A stretch of 64,000 bases of DNA from positions 262,606 through 326,605 of the forward strand of contig ML996709.1 of NCBI GenBank assembly GCA_010356995.1, in the 5' to 3' direction. Positions 58,456 through 64,000 of this stretch are shown here, in pieces (positions within the stretch are counted from its first letter, which is position 1; each line of letters starts with the position of its first letter). The stretch comes from Trichodelitschia bisporula (Eukaryota). The notes below the pieces were generated by a model. That model searched no databases. It was not told the origin of the DNA and saw only the letters and a list, made by a program, of their open reading frames with translations. A program made the position numbers and the translations under genes.

Positions 58456-59456
58456 TCAAAACCCTAGCTCCCGCAGTCACTCCTGGGCTCTTTCCATCAT
58501 CTCCCAGAAAAACTCCGCCTGTTCCCCATACCGCTTTATCTCCAAACTCAGCATGGCCCGCTGTCTCTGTCGGTCCGTCTCGATTTCCCGCTCGTGGTGC
58601 ACGTCATCCTCCTTTGCTCATTCCCCTCTAACTCCTGTAGGGCCTGTTGCAGCTCTACCCGCTTCTTAAATTTCATTTCATCCTGCTCAAGGTCATGGCG
58701 CTTCTGCTCTAACTCTCGTCTCTCCTCGACCTCCCACTCCTTTGCTGCCTCCTGCGACTTCTGCTCCTGGAGCTTCTGCTCATCCCACTCCCTTAACCTT
58801 AGCTCCCGCCGCACCTGCCGCTCGTGCAGCCTCCGCTGCTGCCGTATTCGCACCACTTTCAACTCCTTCAGCTCAAAGTCCGCTTGCACCAGATGCTCCA
58901 GCTCTTCCTCTTTTGTTAGCCGCTTAATATCTTCCCGCATCTGCCGGTGGCTCGCTTCACGCGTCTTCCGCTCTTGCCCTCCCTGCTCGAACTCCAAGTC
59001 ATGGCGCTCAAACACAGTTGGCGCTTGACGGTTGCCGTTATCCTGCCGCCTTATGTATTCTCACGCCCCCCACTCGCGCGCTTCACGAGTCTTCTTCTGC
59101 TGCTGCCAGTCTCTGTCCCGGTTATCTGGCCTCCGCAAATATGCCCGTTCTTTAGCGTTGGTGGAGGACCGGCCGGGAACTGGGGTTGCGCTCGAGGAAT
59201 GCGATGGGAGGGGAATGCGTGACGCTTGGTCTAAAATGTCTGACTCGGAGTCACTGAACCGGTATGCGACACCAGGGAGAGGCGCGATGCTATTCGGGGC
59301 TTTGAAGGAAACGCTTTTTGTGTCATGGGCTGAGAGATACCCGTAATCTTCAGCGAGGGAATCTTCGACTGTGGCGTGGCGAGTCTGCCGCTGGCTCTCT
59401 GGCCCCGGAAGCGGAACTCTAGGGCCCATTCTGAGTCCATTATGTACGGGCGCCAT
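58456..59456 (-). pseudogene. Family C copy 4, disrupted
   Basis: MAPVHNG...LSAHDTKSVSFK...ILDQASRIPLPS; in-frame TGA 59061-59063, frameshift near 58615, ends ERAQE*LRELGF* like copy 2 (FRELGF*). Confidence 0.65.
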
Positions 59457-60660
59457 GGATCTGGGAGCAAATGTGTCTGGTAAGATTGTTGAGAGACGAT
59501 GAGTCGAGAAGAAGAATTTTTCTCGTCTGTGAGATTAAATAGGCTGTCCTTGGCAATGAGGCGCAGCGGAGAGGTGCTGCAGAATGGCTGGCGCACTGCA
59601 AGGCAAGGCCACAAGGCGGCCAGCCTGACTACCGCTCGACGGTCGGCATGTTGCGGTGAAGACGGGAGTCTGTGCGTCGACGCGCTTTCTGCGGGAGCGG
59701 GGCACTAGTTCTAGTCCTAGTTCTAGTTCAAGTTCTGGCGGGGTAGCTCTACGTCCGCTGAGCGAAGTTGTGATTGACGGGCGCTTTAGCACATTAGTTC
59801 TAAAAGAGAAGATATAGAAACGGAGATTGTGTATGTGGCTACGACACTGTGATAATCACCTCAGAAGGAGTTGCAATCTTGGGAGGGAGAGAACGAATGG
59901 CGGAGGCAACGTGGCGCTCCAGCTGCGCGCCCCACATCCCCGCGGCAGAGGGCGAATGGCCATCCAGATAAGTAATGGCGCATCGCAGCAATAGTCCCTG
60001 CTTCTTCCCCGGCAAACTTGCTGGCTAAATCACGCCAAGCGAATTGCTTGCCGCGGCAACGACTTGTTAGGATGATCCTTGAGCCTAGCTCTCAGCCTTG
60101 CCGCCCTGGGAGGGAATGTCGGAAAGATCACGATGCGGTATATCGACTGGCCGCTGTCGTGGGACCTCGATTTATAGTCTGTTAATACCTAAAAACGAGA
60201 AACTGCAGGGATTATCAGGGGAAAGCTGAAAAACTTTCCGCGTCCTCCAGAAGCAGCCAACAGATTCTTACCTCCGGTTCGGTGTGAGGTTAAGTGTTGT
60301 AAAAGGCAAAGAAGAGACGGGAGCCAAGAGGCCTACAACACTGAATTCACACTTTTGATGCCGAGAACCCTCCACTGCTCCTTCCCAAATATCAACATAT
60401 ATAAACGCCAAACGCTCTGCCATCAAGCGACTCTCGGTGCCTTAAAACATTCACCAACTTCCGCACAACCTTGCTATACCTCACTCCCCTTTCTTCAAAC
60501 CTCACTCCCATTTCTTCAAATCTCACCGACCCCCCACAATCACCACTCCCCCCCCCATTCAAAGCAAAGCACCCACAGCAAACATCACCAACACCCTCAT
60601 CATCCGTCTCCACGCTCTGCTCCACGCATCAGCGGAGCCGATCTGGCGCCCGTGACGCCA

Positions 60661-61897
60661 ATGGAGACCAACATGAACCCCGCGGCCATGGCAATCGAAT
60701 GTTCAGTTTGCCTCGAACTTCTTCCGCCGCACCAAGTCATTTCGCTGACTTGCGGCTGCAAATACTGTCTGGGTTGCATGGACCGCGTGGTCAAGCTGGC
60801 GACGAACCGGGAGGCTCATTATCCGCCCCGGTGCTGCCAGTGGCCCATTCCCGCCGACACCATGTTCGTTGCTCTGCCGCAGCAAGTGGTCGAGGAGTTC
60901 ATGGCTGCCAAACGGGTCTGGGACTCGGGCAATCGCACCTATTGCTCCAACAAGACGTGCGGAAAGTTCATCGATCCGATCCACATCGTGTCTGGCGAGG
61001 CGAGCTGCCCCTGCAGGACGAAGACATGCTCCCAGTGCAAGAATGCTCACCACGACGGGTACTGCTCCCGGGTTGACGAGCGGGCCACCGCATGGTCCTT
61101 CGCGCGGGAACAAGGCTGGAAGATCTGCCACAAGTGCGGCTACATCATTGAGCTCGAATCTGGCAGCTACCACATTATGTAAGTTCTATGTACATATTGT
61201 CGCTGACGCTAACGCTTGCAGCTGTCTCTGTCGGCATGAGTTCTGCTACTCTTGCGGTGCGGCGTGGAAGACCTGCAACTGCAAGGTGTTTGAGGGTGGG
61301 CCCGAGGTCCAGGCTTCGCAATATGCGGCATCTCAGAGCCAGCATGAGCCTGCCGGACAGCTCGTCCTTTATGGCGCGCCGCCTCATCAAGGGCCGTCTC
61401 CCTCTCGTGGGCAGTCTCCGCATCAAGGACAGTTTCCGCACCAGGGACAGGCTCCGCACCCAGGATACTTTCCTCACCAGGGGCAGTTTCCTCACCAGGG
61501 ACAGTTTCCCCAACCGACCTACTATTCCCACGGACAGTTTCCACAGCACGGCCAGTTTCCGCAGCAAGGCCAGTTTCCGCAGCACGGCCAGTTTCCGCAG
61601 CAGGGGCACTCTCATCAACAGGGACAGTTTCACCAGCAAGGACACTTTCCCCACCCGCAGCAGTCCGAGCCTGAGGGGATCCCCGATTTCGCGCTGTGGG
61701 AACGTTTGCAAAAGCACTGTGAACACCCGGGGCAGTTTCACAGAGTGATGCTCCGGCGTGGCGGCAGATGCAAGATGTGCAACATATGGGTCCACAAATT
61801 TCTGCTTACGTGTAGGGAGTGTCATCTGGAAGTCTGCGAGCAGTGTCGCCACGAGATGAACCACTTTGGTAAGTCAAAGAGCCCGCGGAAGGATTAA
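60661..61897 (+). CDS. RBR E3 ligase-like protein, copy 3, catalytic Cys replaced by Ser
   Basis: Intron 61179-61221; CSVC...CGCKYCLGC...YPPRCC, RTYCSNKTC, CHKC...ESGSYHIICLCRHEFCYSCG; QGQFPH repeats; C-terminal CEH...CKMC...CREC...CEQC domain. Confidence 0.85.
61385..61660 (+). repeat. 18-bp coding tandem repeat (QGQFPH/QHGQFP hexapeptides, about 14 units)
   Basis: cagggacagtttcc(g/t)cac-like units inside RBR copy 3. Confidence 0.85.
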
Positions 61898-63038
61898 ACA
61901 ACATTCGTACACGAATATCTGCAAGTCTCTGTGGAAGCGTTACTGTAGGTAAACGTTTCAATCAAGTGTTTCTTTAAACGTCTCTCTCTCGTCATCTTGT
62001 GAAGGTCTCTCTTTCGTACCCCTTTACATGTCCATCTCTCTTGTGTCTCTATAAACGTCACCTTCAAAGTCTCTGTAAACGCGCCCTGTCGAGCAGCTCC
62101 GCCCGAGGCTTTGAATGAGCTTCTATGAGATTCACGTACCACATACATACCGACAAGTAAGACTTGGGTGTGGCGTTTATAAGTGTGCGAGGTGGATACT
62201 CCATCGTCTTCCAATTGGCACTTACGACTCGGTTGTTTCTCACGGTACGTCAAAAACTGACCCAAAGTGTAGATCGACCCGGAGGCTGGAACCGGAAGCG
62301 TCGCGCCGCGGACCGCAACAGGTAGAGGAGCCCCTTGCGGCCGAAGTTGGGGCGTCCGCTACTTCTGGAGTGGCACAAGTTCTAGACTGCTAAGGTTAAA
62401 GTAGGAAAACGGATACCTGAGATTCTGTTCTATACATTGCCCTCCCTGTGACATTATTCGGTATTCGTTTGATTCCATACGTGGTGATGAGAGTAAGCGT
62501 CCCAGAACCAGCCGTCGGAGATGCGGGGATGTTCCACAAAGCGGGGAACCTCCCGCCTCCCATGCAAAGCTTGTTTCCTACACACTTGGCGTAGCCCCGC
62601 AGGAAGATGGCGGTAAAACCGCATGGGAGACAACCCGCCAGAGCGAGCCGATCTGGAGTTCTTGACATATGCAGCAACCGGCTTGGACGACTTTGTGTCG
62701 GGCCTTCGCAGAAGACGGTCTTCGGAGGTAAGCGCATGGCACCCAGATGCTGTCAGTGACACCGAACAAGAAGAACGACAAGACTCTCTTCTCTGCTCAT
62801 ACACCTAGTAAACAACGTCATCCTGCAGCACATCCGCTGCATCTTCCTCTCTCCAGGTCATTTCACACGGCAGTGTCTCAGATGGTGAGCGGTCAGTCGG
62901 CGCTAAATCGAGCAACGTGCAGCACGAGTACGGTAGAACCCCGCACCTGGTTCCCCTCATAAAGTCAACAAACGCAGGCACCCAGCCTGTAGCTCTCCAC
63001 ATTCATCACCTTACCTCCACCGTTCAACCTCCATCATC

Positions 63039-64000
63039 ATGTGTCGCTGGTTTGCCTACATATCGCCAGAGGAGCCATGTCTCCTCAGCGACGTCCTCAT
63101 CGATCCCGCCAACTCCATCTCCAAGCAATGCTCCGAGCACTACCTTCCCAAGCTGCTGCCTCACGGCGAGGAAAAGGACCTGGACGACTCGAAAGACAAG
63201 CTGATCAGGATGCGCAACAGCCTGCTGAACATGGATGGGCTGGGTATCGCCTGGTGAGCCACATGCAAAGCCCACCCGACCGCGCTGACCACCAGGTTCA
63301 CCGACGCTGCGCAGGATTATATGCGGGACGTGAAGGGCCCCCGACCGGCTCTTTACAAGTCGCAGTCGCCCCCGATCAACGACTTCAACTTCCGCAGCCT
63401 CTGCATGAACACCGAGACCAAGTGTCTGTTCGCCCATATCCGTGCCTCGTCCGGCTCCGTCGTGACGCAGGTCAATAGCCATCCGTTCGTCTTCGGCCGC
63501 CATGTCTTCATGCATAACGGCGTCATCAGCAACTTCACCGACATACGTCGGGAGCTGCTGCGCGATATCAGCTACGATGCCTTTGCCAACATCTTTGGGA
63601 GTACCGATTCGGAGCACGCTGCAGCGCTGTACATGACCCATCTGACCGGGCACGGGAACCGGGAGTCATGGCAGCGCGAGTACACACTGGACGAGATGCT
63701 GAAGGCAATGATGAAGACGGTTGTCCAGATACTGGAACTGCAGCGCAAAGTGCTAGGCGACCGTGCGACTCCCAGCAGCCTCAATTTCTGCACCACCGAC
63801 GGCCGCCGCATGTTGGCCATCCGCTTCCGCAACCACGCCACGCAGCAGCCGCCCAGCCTGTACTGGAGTGAGTTCGCCGGCCGCACGCTGAACCACAAAT
63901 ATCCGGGGCACGCCGACGGACCGGGCTTGGTTAACGAGCAGGCCATCATGGGTGAGGAGGAGCGCATCGGCCGCCACACCATCATTGCGAGCGAGCCCAC
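63039..64000 (+). CDS. Class II (Ntn) glutamine amidotransferase, Dug3/YafJ-like; runs off the window
   Basis: N-terminal nucleophile MCRW, NMDGLGIAW (intron 63254-63295), FAHIRAS, NSHPF, FMHNG, GSTDSEHAAALY, SLNFCTTDG and IIASEP. Confidence 0.9.

Noticed and set aside
28000..62500. Starship or other giant mobile element
   Set aside because: No DUF3435 tyrosine recombinase, transposase, RT/integrase or boundary repeats were recognised, and the core gene RDH54 lies inside; a degraded element cannot be fully excluded.

Overview
Eukaryotic DNA from a filamentous ascomycete (short GT-AG introns with CTRAY branch sites; the taxonomic class cannot be determined from this window). The window has two regimes. 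(1) Positions 1 to about 27.5 kb hold mostly ordinary conserved genes: DEAD-box helicase DBP6 (truncated at the left edge), GPI3/PIG-A, a DUF3455-type secreted protein, a small secreted Gly/Pro 'PKG'-repeat protein, an Hsp20 with a heat-shock element, a carboxylesterase, an AMPK-CBM-like protein, a VHS/GAT protein running into a 240-N gap, tRNA-Ala(AGC), a Cys-rich protein bracketed by about 55-bp inverted repeats, and a cytochrome P450. (2) About 28 to 62 kb is an accessory birth-and-death cluster wrapped around the conserved RDH54/RAD54B gene. It contains three RBR (RING-IBR-RING) E3 ligase paralogs (one intronless, one with the catalytic Cys on an 18-nt microexon, one with a natural catalytic Cys-to-Ser change), five PD-(D/E)XK/restriction-endonuclease-like loci in two related families (all interrupted; one with a tandemly triplicated domain), four paralogous charged coiled-coil genes (three disrupted), a stand-alone GAT-domain copy of the gene at 20 kb, and a shared upstream CTGCGCCTCA motif. 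A class II glutamine amidotransferase runs off the right edge. No transposase, Starship tyrosine recombinase, rRNA or CRISPR array was recognised. All family calls are from motifs recognised by eye; no database search was run.
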